From Acutalibacteraceae bacterium (GTDB lineage Bacteria; Bacillota; Clostridia; Oscillospirales; Acutalibacteraceae): a stretch of DNA of 52,311 nt. Position numbers and translations under genes: made by a program. The stretch covers positions 1 to 52,311 of the forward strand of contig JAZRZU010000071.1 in the NCBI GenBank assembly GCA_045601465.1. The letters are read 5' to 3'. A model generated the notes under the pieces. That model worked only from the letters and a program-made list of their open reading frames with translations. It was not told the origin of the DNA and did not search any database. Below, piece after piece: positions 42,952 to 52,097 of this stretch (position 1 is its first letter; each line of letters opens with the position of its first letter).

Positions 42952-44489
42952 GAAAGCGCTTGACAAAACGAGCTCGTTCCTTGTGGTTTTCTCTGCTCGC
43001 TCTTGTGATAGTCGGGGCATTGTTAGCCGCCCTTCTCTTGCTTCTCCCCCCGGCGGACACCCAAGAGGATAATCCGCCCGCACCGAGCGAAACCGTCGCC
43101 CTGTTCAACAAAGCCGCAGAAGACAAGGTCACCCTCACATCCGCTGTCATATCGCTTGCCAAGACACAGCACACGCTTTCCGTCACAGCGGATAAGCTTT
43201 ACACTCTATTGGGATATGAGGATTTGCCGTTTGACCAAACCTTACTTTCCAACACGGCTGACACCCTCTTGTCAATCAATGCCACTCGTTTGGTAACCGA
43301 ATCCCCGCAAGACCCAACCGAATTCGGCTTTGACACCAAAAACAACGGCGTGTCTGTTTTGGCAACCTATTCCGACAACTCCACCTTCGCCTTTGAGATT
43401 GGAAACCTGACACCGGCGAAAGACAGCTACTATCTGAGAGTCAGCGGAAAGCCCGCCATATACACCATGGACTCCGCTTTTTGCGAAACTGTCAGCACCG
43501 ACTTGATCGGGTATTTGAACCTGTCCCCCATTGTTTCACCGCAATCCACCGAAACAACCGACACCGTCGTGGTGCGTGACGTCACATTGGATGGTACGGT
43601 ACGTCCTTCTCCTATCTTCTTCCAAATAGCAAAAAAACCGGAGAACGACACCTCTTCCCTTATCATTTCCAGTCACATGATTCAACGTCCGTATTTTCAT
43701 GCAGCGGATGCCGAAAGTCCTTTGTTAACCTACACCACTTACTCCATGATAAGTGCAAGCGGTGTTGAGAAGATTCGGCCCACAAAAGCTGACTTGAAAT
43801 CCTACGGTTTATCCAACCCGTATTCCACCTGCACCGTCAATCTTTCGCTGGAACGTACCACCACAACCAAAGATGCCGAGGGAAAGGAAACCAAAACGGT
43901 GTCCTATCACTCTACCCTCTCATATACCATTGAATTAAGTAAACCGAATAAAGACGGCAACTATTACGGTGTCGTATACACCGAAAAAACCATGCTTCCG
44001 ATTCTTTATCAGTTTTCAGCCGATTCGGTAAAATCATGGGTAACGGCGCAATATGACGATGTTGCGGATAAACTGTTGTACTTTAATTACATTCAGGACA
44101 TGGATGCGGTAACCATTACCGCTAACGGAAAGACCCATGTATTTGAGTTAACGCACATTCCGGATGAAACGGACACGGACAAAAACCTCATCGTCAAAGC
44201 GGATGGCAAGACCTATCCGGTCAGCGGCTTCCGCACGCTGTACTCCTCCATCCTTTGTTTGTTGAGGACGGGCACAGCAAAAGAAAAACCATCCGGCGCC
44301 CCGCTTCTTTCGGTCACTTTCAAACCCCATAACGGCGATATTACCAAGATTGATATCTACGCTCACACCGCCGGTCACGGCATCGCCGTTCACAGTACCG
44401 GTGAGCGCCACTTGGTAGACATGAAAGCGGTTCAATCCTTGATAAAAACCTACGAGAAGTATTTAGCAGGCGAGGATATTCGCTCTTAA
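42948..44489 (+). CDS. DUF4340-like extracytoplasmic protein
   Basis: 513 aa with an N-terminal anchor. It is the last gene of the ABC operon and overlaps the previous gene. Confidence 0.5.
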   Translation: MRKRLTKRARSLWFSLLALVIVGALLAALLLLLPPADTQEDNPPAPSETVALFNKAAEDKVTLTSAVISLAKTQHTLSVTADKLYTLLGYEDLPFDQTLLSNTADTLLSINATRLVTESPQDPTEFGFDTKNNGVSVLATYSDNSTFAFEIGNLTPAKDSYYLRVSGKPAIYTMDSAFCETVSTDLIGYLNLSPIVSPQSTETTDTVVVRDVTLDGTVRPSPIFFQIAKKPENDTSSLIISSHMIQRPYFHAADAESPLLTYTTYSMISASGVEKIRPTKADLKSYGLSNPYSTCTVNLSLERTTTTKDAEGKETKTVSYHSTLSYTIELSKPNKDGNYYGVVYTEKTMLPILYQFSADSVKSWVTAQYDDVADKLLYFNYIQDMDAVTITANGKTHVFELTHIPDETDTDKNLIVKADGKTYPVSGFRTLYSSILCLLRTGTAKEKPSGAPLLSVTFKPHNGDITKIDIYAHTAGHGIAVHSTGERHLVDMKAVQSLIKTYEKYLAGEDIRS

Positions 44490-44529
44490 CACAAAGGGCA
44501 TCCCTTCACGGGATGCCCTTTGTGTTTTT
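44489..44529. terminator. Bidirectional terminator between convergent operons
   Basis: ACACAAAGGGCATCCC / GGGATGCCCTTTGTGT followed by TTTT. Confidence 0.7.
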
Positions 44530-45906
44530 ACCCAGCATCTGCTCAACCTCAGCCAAAGCGGTATTATAAGACATTCCCCACACCCGATGCCGTCGCTTTT
44601 TCTCTCCGAAGCACCGCACGGTCACGGTACACGTACCGGTACGCCGTTGCCAAATTCCTTGTGTTACCGCCACCTCATCTACCGCCTCCCGTGGCAGATG
44701 CACCTGGTATAACGCAAGCCCTCGTGGATAGCGTATGGTCACCGCCTTGCTGTCAGCGCCGAATCCGGCTCCCCGCCAGCCTAACAACCGCACCCAAAAC
44801 CACCAACCACCAAACACAAGACAAGCAAAAGCCGGCACCTGCCAAAACCCGCCGCCCCACCAAAACGGAGTGCTGAACACCATGACTGCCAGCGGCGCTG
44901 CCACGTATCGCCACCAACCCTTGCGTTTAACCGCATGATATGCGGTTCGCATCGGATACTGCGGTAACAACCGCCCTAACTCCTCTCTCAGTGTTCTGGG
45001 ATCAGCGGCGGGGATCAATACCGGCCGAAGCCCCCAATCCCTGCCATAACCGGCTGCGGTTAATACCGCTGTGTGCAGCCCCAATAACCGCATGAATACG
45101 GTCTGTCGCAACTCGACCGCCGTAATTTTATCACAATCAATCAACACGTCCCGTCGTGTGAATAAACCGGATACCAAATGCAAACACTCACCCTGTACCA
45201 CGGCATAAAAGCCGATATACCTTAAAAAATTACGTAGTGCCGCTACCGCCCATCCAAGAAACAACAAATTCCCCGCCAGTCGAATGATAGCAGGCACTTG
45301 TGTGGCCATGAGTCGCTGCAAAACACCAACAGCGTCCGGAATCGGGCTGTCTCCCAAAATCCTACCGATCTGTCGCAAAATCGGAACGGCGGTCAACAAC
45401 CCAACTGCCGCATTGGACCCCGAAACAGCCGTCACAAAAATCGGGAAAAGACGAGTGCGCCTCAGACGAGGTCTGTCCCGCAAACAAAACAACGTCTCTA
45501 CCTGCGTCGACGGAAGATACAACACCATATCCGAATGTCGCCGCAACCCTTCGGTGTTGACCCGTACCCGCCGCCCTCCGCATAAAGCAAGGAACGGTGT
45601 ACGCTCTACCTCGATGGACACCGCATGCTGTGCATCAACATACAGCGACCGCCGTATTAAAATCCCCTGACGCACCGCCATACTGTAACACCAACCACGT
45701 TTTAATCGTGACACCCGATAGCGGCATGCCCACCAGGTGAAAAGACCATATAGCAACGGCAATGCGCACCACACCACGTCACGCACGACGGTGTGTAACA
45801 CCCCCTGCTGTATTGCTGTAAACAAGCGAAAAAGCGGCACAACCAACACCGGCCACCAACGCCCTGCCACATACAGCGCGTACACCCCGTAAGGTCGTCG
45901 TTCCAT
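44506..45906 (-). CDS. YdbT-like membrane protein with repeated bacterial PH (bPH_2/DUF304) domains
   Basis: ATG at 45906 overlaps the upstream stop (TGATG). TM hairpins alternate with repeated modules. It pairs with a ydbS-like gene. Confidence 0.6.
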   Translation of the reverse strand: MERRPYGVYALYVAGRWWPVLVVPLFRLFTAIQQGVLHTVVRDVVWCALPLLYGLFTWWACRYRVSRLKRGWCYSMAVRQGILIRRSLYVDAQHAVSIEVERTPFLALCGGRRVRVNTEGLRRHSDMVLYLPSTQVETLFCLRDRPRLRRTRLFPIFVTAVSGSNAAVGLLTAVPILRQIGRILGDSPIPDAVGVLQRLMATQVPAIIRLAGNLLFLGWAVAALRNFLRYIGFYAVVQGECLHLVSGLFTRRDVLIDCDKITAVELRQTVFMRLLGLHTAVLTAAGYGRDWGLRPVLIPAADPRTLREELGRLLPQYPMRTAYHAVKRKGWWRYVAAPLAVMVFSTPFWWGGGFWQVPAFACLVFGGWWFWVRLLGWRGAGFGADSKAVTIRYPRGLALYQVHLPREAVDEVAVTQGIWQRRTGTCTVTVRCFGEKKRRHRVWGMSYNTALAEVEQMLGKNTKGIP

Positions 45907-46313
45907 CACCCACCCTCCATCTGCGCCTTCAACCGATTGACCGTTCCCACATCCAACAGCGGCACCCAAACACTGCCGCCTGCAAATCTCAACACCACCG
46001 TACAACATCCAAAAATCCGATGTAACGGCGGAACCAAATATTCCATCGTGCGGAAGGCGACACGTGGCACCGTCAGTTCCCGCCGCCATATCACACCGAC
46101 TCGTAAATACAACCGTCTGTCATCCAACTCTCCGCATACGGAAGCAATCCAAAACGGCCAGTACGCCGTCCCCGCCAGCAGTACCAACAAACATAGTAAC
46201 AACCACCAGCCTCGACCAAGCCCCCACCACAGCAGTCCCGCCACCGTTGCCGTCCCCATCCACCATGCGGTTAACAGAACCGCCTTTGCACCGCTGCCGG
46301 TGGTAAAGGTCAT
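45906..46313 (-). CDS. YdbS-like bacterial PH domain membrane protein
   Basis: 135 aa with two TM helices plus a bPH-like domain (LYLRVGVIWRRELTVP). Confidence 0.6.
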   Translation of the reverse strand: MTFTTGSGAKAVLLTAWWMGTATVAGLLWWGLGRGWWLLLCLLVLLAGTAYWPFWIASVCGELDDRRLYLRVGVIWRRELTVPRVAFRTMEYLVPPLHRIFGCCTVVLRFAGGSVWVPLLDVGTVNRLKAQMEGG

Positions 46314-46403
46314 GGTTATCCCTCCCCCGTTTTATTTCCAGTATATTTATTCCCCATTATCCTCAAACTATGTTGTAACAACTGAAATTAAAAGGAGTAC
46401 TGC

Positions 46404-46799
46404 ATGGACCAACCCGATAAGCCATGGTTATCGTTGGCAGTAGCCGTCGTCATAACCCTCTGCCTGTTTTGGGGAAGCGACCGCCTAGCCGACCGCCTCG
46501 TGGAGCAAAACGAAACAAAAGCAACGTTTATAAAATGGTTTCCCTCCCGCAAAGCAGAAAGCGTACACACCGCTGACACCGCCCTTACCGTCTTACGTGC
46601 ACGGGATACAACCGGTAACGTATGCGGATATACCGTTATCATCACCGAAGAAACCTTCCGTCTTTGCGTAGCAATCGATGTCAACAAAACGATATACGGC
46701 ATATCCATTGACGCCGAAACTCCGCTGATTGCCTGCCAAGACAGGGTGGATAAAGCCCTCAAAAAAGCGTATACGTATATTGAAACGATATCTTTTTAA
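46404..46799 (+). CDS. Hypothetical membrane-anchored protein (weak FMN-bind-like pattern)
   Basis: 131 aa with an N-terminal TM helix. The family assignment is not secure. Confidence 0.4.
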   Translation: MDQPDKPWLSLAVAVVITLCLFWGSDRLADRLVEQNETKATFIKWFPSRKAESVHTADTALTVLRARDTTGNVCGYTVIITEETFRLCVAIDVNKTIYGISIDAETPLIACQDRVDKALKKAYTYIETISF

Positions 46800-46950
46800 A
46801 ATTTCCCTTTACTTTTTGAAAAAGATGTGGTATACTACCGAGGCACACATAAGTGCGATCCCTTATTCGGATTGCGGAGTATGCCCCATCGGGGAATCAC
46901 CGTTTCCCTTTCTGGATATGCGGAAATTTTTAAAAGAGGTGGAAAAACCA

Positions 46951-47217
46951 ATGTTGTTAGCAAACGAAAAAACCGAAATCATGAAGCAGTATGCCACTCA
47001 TGAAGGTGACACGGGTTCTCCCGAGGTCCAGATTGCGGTATTGACCCGCCGCATCAATGATTTGACCGAGCACCTGAAAGAGCATAAGAAAGACCATCAC
47101 TCCCGTCGTGGTCTGCTCAAAATGGTCGGTCATCGCCGTAATCTTCTCAACTACTTGATGAAGAAAGACATCAATCGCTATCGTGCGATCATCGAAAAAT
47201 TGGGTCTGCGTAAATAA
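46951..47217 (+). CDS. rpsO: 30S ribosomal protein S15
   Basis: ATG at 46951 follows AAAGAGGTGGAAAAACCA. Contains [38 protein letters not shown]. Confidence 0.95.
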   Translation: MLLANEKTEIMKQYATHEGDTGSPEVQIAVLTRRINDLTEHLKEHKKDHHSRRGLLKMVGHRRNLLNYLMKKDINRYRAIIEKLGLRK

Positions 47218-47398
47218 GTGCTCAATGAGGCAGGTGAGTCAACGCTCTCCTGCCTCAACCTGCTTTTTAAACGGGGCGGTTCGGCGATTTTTTAGCAGTG
47301 AAACGGGTGCTTTTGAAAGAAAAAGCATCGGTTTTATTGCTAAAAATCTCATCCGCCGCCGTTTGGAAATAAAAATTTTTAAACGGAGGAATGTAACA

Positions 47399-49588
47399 AT
47401 GTTCGAAAACTATCGTGTATTCGAAACCACTCTTGCCGGCAGACCGCTCAAAGTCGAAACCGGCAAAATGGCGCAGTTGTCCAGCGGTTCTTGCATGGTT
47501 CGGTACGGTGATACCTCGATTCTATGCAACGTAACGGCTTCTGCTAAACCCCGTGAAGGCGTTGACTTTTTCCCGCTTTCGGTGGATTACGAAGAAAAAC
47601 TGTATGCCGTAGGCCATATCCCCGGCTCGTTCCAGCGCCGTGAAGGCCGTCCGACCGAGAAAGCCATTTTAACCTCTCGTGTCATCGACCGTCCCATTCG
47701 CCCTTTGTTCCCGAAAGATATGCGCAATGACGTGTCCATTGTGTGTACCGTCATGTCGGTTGACCCGGATTGCCCGCCGGAAACCACCGCAATGATCGGC
47801 GCTTCCATCGCCATCTCCATCTCGGATATTCCGTGGGCTGGCCCGATCTCGGGTGTTGTTGTCGGTTTGGTGGATGGCGAATACGTCATCAACCCCACCG
47901 CTGAGCAGGAAAAGAAATCCGATATGCACGTCACCGTCGCCTCCACTGCTGATTTGGTCGCCATGATTGAAGCCGGCGCCAACGAGGTGGACAACGATAC
48001 CATGTTCGGTGGTATCATGGCGGGTCACGAAGCCAACCAACAGATCGTGGAGTTTATCAAAGGGATCCAAGCAGAGATCGGCAAACCGAAATTTGCATTT
48101 GAATCCAACGATCCCGATCCGGAAATGTTCGAAGCCATCAAAGAATTTGCCATTGAAGATGTCCGCTATGCATTGGATACCGATGATAAGCTGGTACGTG
48201 ACGAGCGTTTGTTGCCCGTGTATGATAAAGTACACGCTAAATTTGACGAAGTGTATCCCGAACTCATCGCCAAAATTGATGAGTGCCTGTATAAATTGCA
48301 GAAATACGTTGTGCGCCGCTGGTTGCTGGACGACGGCAAACGTGTAGATGGCCGTGGTATTGACGAGATCCGTCCGCTTGCCGCTGAGGTCGACCTGCTC
48401 CCCCGTGTGCACGGTTCCGGTATGTTTACCCGTGGTCAGACCCAAGTTCTCACCACCGTCACCCTCGGAAACGCTGATGATGCGCAGCTTCTCGATGGTC
48501 TGGATGACGAAACCGAAAAACGGTATATGCACCACTACAACTTCCCGTCCTACTCGGTTGGCGAAACCAAACCCTCCCGTGGCCCCGGCCGTCGTGAGAT
48601 CGGTCACGGAGCCTTGGCAGAGCGTGCATTGGTGCCGGTCATCCCCAGCAAAGAAGAATTCCCCTATACCATGCGTTTGGTATCCGAAGTGTTATCCTCC
48701 AATGGTTCCACTTCGCAAGCTTCCATCTGTGGTTCTACCCTTGCCCTCATGGCAGCAGGTGTTCCGATCAAAGCGCCGGTTGCGGGTATCTCCTGCGGCT
48801 TGGTGTCCGAAGGCGATCGCTTTATGACCATGGTAGATATCCAAGGTCTGGAAGACTTCTTCGGCGATATGGACTTTAAAGTCGGCGGTACTCATAAAGG
48901 TATCACCGCGATCCAGATGGACCTCAAAGTACACGGTCTGACCCCGGCTATCATCAAAGAAGCGCTGGAAAAGACCTACAAAGCCCGTCTGTATATTCTG
49001 GACGAGATCATGCTCAAAGCCATCCCGGCTGTGCGTGAAGAGCTCTCCCCCTATGCACCGAAAATGCTCTCCACCAAGATTGATGTGGATAAGATCCGTG
49101 AAGTCATCGGTAAAGGCGGTTCGGTCATTCAGAAGATCCAAGCCGATTGCAACTGCGACATTTCGATTGAAGAAGATGGCTCGGTATTCATCTCAGCTAT
49201 CAACACCGAGAACGCCAAACAGGCGCTTGCCATTATTGAAACCATTGCCAAAGACCCCGAGATCGGTGCGATTTACAAAGGCCGTGTTACCCGCTTGATG
49301 GCCTTCGGCGCATTTGTTGAAATTGCTCCCGGCAAAGAAGGTCTGGTGCATATCAGCAAGCTCGATGTCAAGCGTGTTGAAAAAGTGGAGGACGTTGTCA
49401 CCGTCGGTGACGAGATCCTTGTCAAGGTTGTCGAGATTGATGAACAAGGTCGTATCAACCTCTCCCGCCGTGATGCGCTTGTACAGGTTGAAGGCCTAGC
49501 AGTCGAGGAATCGGCTGATGAGCCGCAACGTCCGACCTCCCGTCAAGGTGGTTTCCGTCGCCGTGACAACCGCCGTCGTGACGACTGA
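47399..49588 (+). CDS. pnp: Polyribonucleotide nucleotidyltransferase (PNPase)
   Basis: ATG at 47399 follows AAACGGAGGAATGTAAC. It has two RNase PH domains, KH and S1 domains, and an R-rich tail. The ORF-track start at 47183 is over-extended. Confidence 0.95.
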   Translation: MFENYRVFETTLAGRPLKVETGKMAQLSSGSCMVRYGDTSILCNVTASAKPREGVDFFPLSVDYEEKLYAVGHIPGSFQRREGRPTEKAILTSRVIDRPIRPLFPKDMRNDVSIVCTVMSVDPDCPPETTAMIGASIAISISDIPWAGPISGVVVGLVDGEYVINPTAEQEKKSDMHVTVASTADLVAMIEAGANEVDNDTMFGGIMAGHEANQQIVEFIKGIQAEIGKPKFAFESNDPDPEMFEAIKEFAIEDVRYALDTDDKLVRDERLLPVYDKVHAKFDEVYPELIAKIDECLYKLQKYVVRRWLLDDGKRVDGRGIDEIRPLAAEVDLLPRVHGSGMFTRGQTQVLTTVTLGNADDAQLLDGLDDETEKRYMHHYNFPSYSVGETKPSRGPGRREIGHGALAERALVPVIPSKEEFPYTMRLVSEVLSSNGSTSQASICGSTLALMAAGVPIKAPVAGISCGLVSEGDRFMTMVDIQGLEDFFGDMDFKVGGTHKGITAIQMDLKVHGLTPAIIKEALEKTYKARLYILDEIMLKAIPAVREELSPYAPKMLSTKIDVDKIREVIGKGGSVIQKIQADCNCDISIEEDGSVFISAINTENAKQALAIIETIAKDPEIGAIYKGRVTRLMAFGAFVEIAPGKEGLVHISKLDVKRVEKVEDVVTVGDEILVKVVEIDEQGRINLSRRDALVQVEGLAVEESADEPQRPTSRQGGFRRRDNRRRDD

Positions 49589-49599
49589 TAAACCCACAT

Positions 49600-49639
49600 A
49601 AAAAAAGGTTCGGTACCAACAGGTACCGAACCTTTTTTT
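49600..49639. terminator. Bidirectional terminator shared by pnp and the sigK 3' segment
   Basis: AAAAAAAGGTTCGGTACC / GGTACCGAACCTTTTTTT. Confidence 0.8.
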
Positions 49640-49652
49640 ATGTGCTTTTGTA

Positions 49653-50030
49653 TTACTTTGTCCGAAACCGCACATCCCCCTGTTCAAATCGCTTCCGCAG
49701 TTTTTCCAGCGCCTTTTTTTCAATGCGGGATACATAAGAACGGGAAATGTCCAGTTTTTTCGCTACTTCACGCTGTGTCATCGGTTCCCCCACCAATCCA
49801 TATCGCCATCCTATGATCTCCTTTTCTCGGTCGCTTAACGTCTCGTTCATATAGCGATATAACTTGGTAGCGTTTATTTTTAAATCCAGATCCTCTAAAA
49901 TAGTATCCTCCGCCGCAATCACATCCATCAACGTTAAGGAATTGCCCTCTTTGTCCGTTTCAATCGGCTCCATAATTGAAATATCCTGCGCTGTTTTGCG
50001 ATTAGCTCGAAAATACATCAGAATTTCATT
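49653..50030 (-). pseudogene. sigK: 3' segment of sigK (sigma-K regions 3-4 only), separated from its 5' half by inserted DNA
   Basis: NEILMYFRANRKT..PIETDKEGNSLTLMDV...DREKEII..RYGL...TQREVAKKLDISRSYVSRIEKKALEKL aligns to the SigK C-terminal half. Upstream of about 50030 the frame is antisense to an XRE gene and has no region 2. Confidence 0.8.
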
Positions 50031-50087
50031 TGCTATGGAGACCTCAATGACACATCTTTTGTGGTCTTTGATAAGAACGGAAAACCA

Positions 50088-50513
50088 ATGCTCCACTTTG
50101 TTTACCCATTGCGAACTATCAGCGACGATGCCACTGTCGGTGAGAAGATTGCTTTTTACCGCAAGAAAAGGAACTTGTTTGGCAACGACCTTGCAAACCT
50201 TATTGGCATTGACAGGGTAACAATGATACGATATGAGAACGACCAACTTGATTGCCCTTATGATGTGATTATTCGCATAGCGGAGGCGCTCAATGTGGAC
50301 AGGCATTTGTTAATGGACGAATACCTGCAGTTCATTGACTATCCCTACTCTGTATTCATTAAGCAACGACGAAAGGAGTTGCATTTGCGACAATGCGACC
50401 TCGGTGAGCAGGTCGGAGTTACAAGGCGACAGGTGGAAAAGTGGGAGCACGGAGTCTGTATGTTGCCGAAAGATAGGTATCATAAACTCAAAGAGATTCA
50501 CTTTATCCCATAA
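50088..50513 (+). CDS. Tandem-HTH XRE family regulator
   Basis: Two XRE HTH modules are present (GEKIAFYRKKRNLFGNDLANLIGIDRVTMIRYE and IKQRRKELHLRQCDLGEQVGVTRRQVEKWE). The start is uncertain (GTG 50061 or ATG 50088). Confidence 0.75.
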   Translation: MLHFVYPLRTISDDATVGEKIAFYRKKRNLFGNDLANLIGIDRVTMIRYENDQLDCPYDVIIRIAEALNVDRHLLMDEYLQFIDYPYSVFIKQRRKELHLRQCDLGEQVGVTRRQVEKWEHGVCMLPKDRYHKLKEIHFIP

Positions 50514-50515
50514 GA

Positions 50516-50550
50516 AAAATCGGTGGTGCAACAAAGCACCACCGATTTTC
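50516..50550. terminator. Bidirectional terminator
   Basis: AAAAATCGGTGGTGC / GCACCACCGATTTTC. Confidence 0.7.
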
Positions 50551-50722
50551 ATTGTTTTTCCTTAAGTAATTCATCAACAATCTTGATTTTGTTACCCGAA
50601 CTGGTTTCGAGTTTAGAGAGGTATTCGCGCATAATCATTATCCTGTAAATAGCCATGTCTTCTATCAACTTTGACCTATCTTCTTCGCTGTTCGGGTAAT
50701 GTATGACCGCTTTAAAAGCCAT
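50549..50722 (-). CDS. Hypothetical 57 aa protein
   Basis: MAFKAVIHYPNSEEDRSKLIEDMAIYRIMIMREYLSKLETSSGNKIKIVDELLKEKQ. ATG at 50722 follows CAGGGGGCTAATTT. It is below the ORF-track cutoff. Confidence 0.45.
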   Translation of the reverse strand: MAFKAVIHYPNSEEDRSKLIEDMAIYRIMIMREYLSKLETSSGNKIKIVDELLKEKQ

Positions 50723-51047
50723 AAATTAGCCCCCTGTGAAAAGATATTCAGTTGTAGAAAGTCTTATGCGTATATCTTTAATCTATTGAGGGTAAGTCGT
50801 TCTCCGTTTGAAGATTTCATACAAAAGTGTCCAAAGTATACGAGATTTTTTTCGTTTTGTCAATAGCAGACGGGGGTTATTTCGAACTTTTTTCAAAATT
50901 CATTGTTTGTATACTTCAATTATGCTATAATACAAACAGACAGATAAACTTGAATTTGACGCCACCATATCAAAATACGGGGTGGCTTGACAGTCCATTG
51001 ACGGCAAACTTTGCTTGCCATAGAATGATAGACGGAGGTGCGCCGAC

Positions 51048-52049
51048 ATGACTGATAAAAAAACATTCGGCTCGTTCATAAAAGCCAAACGAACTGAGAA
51101 AAATTACTCACAAAAAGATTTGGCAGAAATGCTATTTGTAACCGAGGGTGCGGTGAGCAAATGGGAGCGAGGTGTGTCATATCCCGACATTACGTTGATT
51201 TCCGATATTTGCCGTGTCCTTGACATAAGCGAACACGAATTGATTACCGCATCAACAGACACAGATACACGAAGGATGAAGCACGAAGCACAGAAATTCC
51301 GTGTGATTCGCGGCACGTGGTTTTGGATTCCTACTATCTCCTATGCCGTTGCGCTGCTGACTTGCTTTATTTGTAATCTTGCAGTCAACCACACTTTGTC
51401 TTGGTTCTTCATCGTGTTAACTGCGCTTCTTTGTGCTTACTCATTTATCCCGACCTTTACATCGTTTTTTAAGTCGAAGAAACTGCTTGTTTTTACTGTA
51501 ACAAGTTTCTCTTCAATTTGTTTGCTCTTATATACCTGTGCGGTGTATACAGACGGGCTATATTGGTTTCCCGTGGCCTGCATCGGCACGCTGATGGGGT
51601 ACATATTGGTTTTCGGAACAATTTTGCTATCCAGAACAAAGCTGTCCCGCTTTAAATTTGTTATAGCTTTTACGGCAGTTTTGGCGCTGACAATACTGCT
51701 TCTTTTGTGTATTTATAGTTGGCAGCCCTTTATGCTTGGGTCGGCAATTCTCATAACGATTTATGCGTACATTCCCGTGATTTTGTGCACCGTGATTTGT
51801 ATGTTTTCTTTTGACGGGTTCTTTAAGGCAGGCATTTGCACGGTTGTAGCGTCTTGCGAGTATTACTGTATGGGGCATATCACAAATGCGCTGTTCGGAC
51901 TGAATGAAAAACATTATGAAGTGGATTTTCACAACTGGGCGCAGTGCGTTACAGGAAATGTCCACTTGATTGTTATAACAGCAATGCTGTTTATCAGTGC
52001 TGTTTTGTTTGTAATCGGTTTTTTGAGAGTTCGCAAGTTAAGAAATTGA
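51048..52049 (+). CDS. XRE HTH domain fused to a multi-pass membrane domain
   Basis: N-terminal YSQKDLAEMLFVTEGAVSKWERG HTH followed by about 7 hydrophobic helices. The RBS is GACGGAGG, and TTGACG-17-TAGAAT lies upstream. Confidence 0.8.
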   Translation: MTDKKTFGSFIKAKRTEKNYSQKDLAEMLFVTEGAVSKWERGVSYPDITLISDICRVLDISEHELITASTDTDTRRMKHEAQKFRVIRGTWFWIPTISYAVALLTCFICNLAVNHTLSWFFIVLTALLCAYSFIPTFTSFFKSKKLLVFTVTSFSSICLLLYTCAVYTDGLYWFPVACIGTLMGYILVFGTILLSRTKLSRFKFVIAFTAVLALTILLLLCIYSWQPFMLGSAILITIYAYIPVILCTVICMFSFDGFFKAGICTVVASCEYYCMGHITNALFGLNEKHYEVDFHNWAQCVTGNVHLIVITAMLFISAVLFVIGFLRVRKLRN

Positions 52050-52060
52050 ATGGATATAGA

Positions 52061-52097
52061 ACAGCCGCTGACTATATGGTCAGCGGCTGTTATTTTC
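52061..52097 (+). terminator. Terminator
   Basis: ACAGCCGCTGAC / GTCAGCGGCTGT followed by TATTTTC. Confidence 0.65.

Noticed and set aside
46800-46950. A possible S15 autoregulatory leader upstream of rpsO (hairpin CCCCATCGGGG and surrounding pairings, with a TTTACT-17-TATACT promoter).
   Set aside because: The structure is plausible, but I cannot match it to a known S15 leader class without a covariance model.
49653-50306. The full 217 aa ORF read as an intact sigma factor.
   Set aside because: Only the C-terminal ~125 aa are sigma-like. The N-terminal ~90 aa are antisense to a well-formed plus-strand XRE gene and lack sigma region 2.
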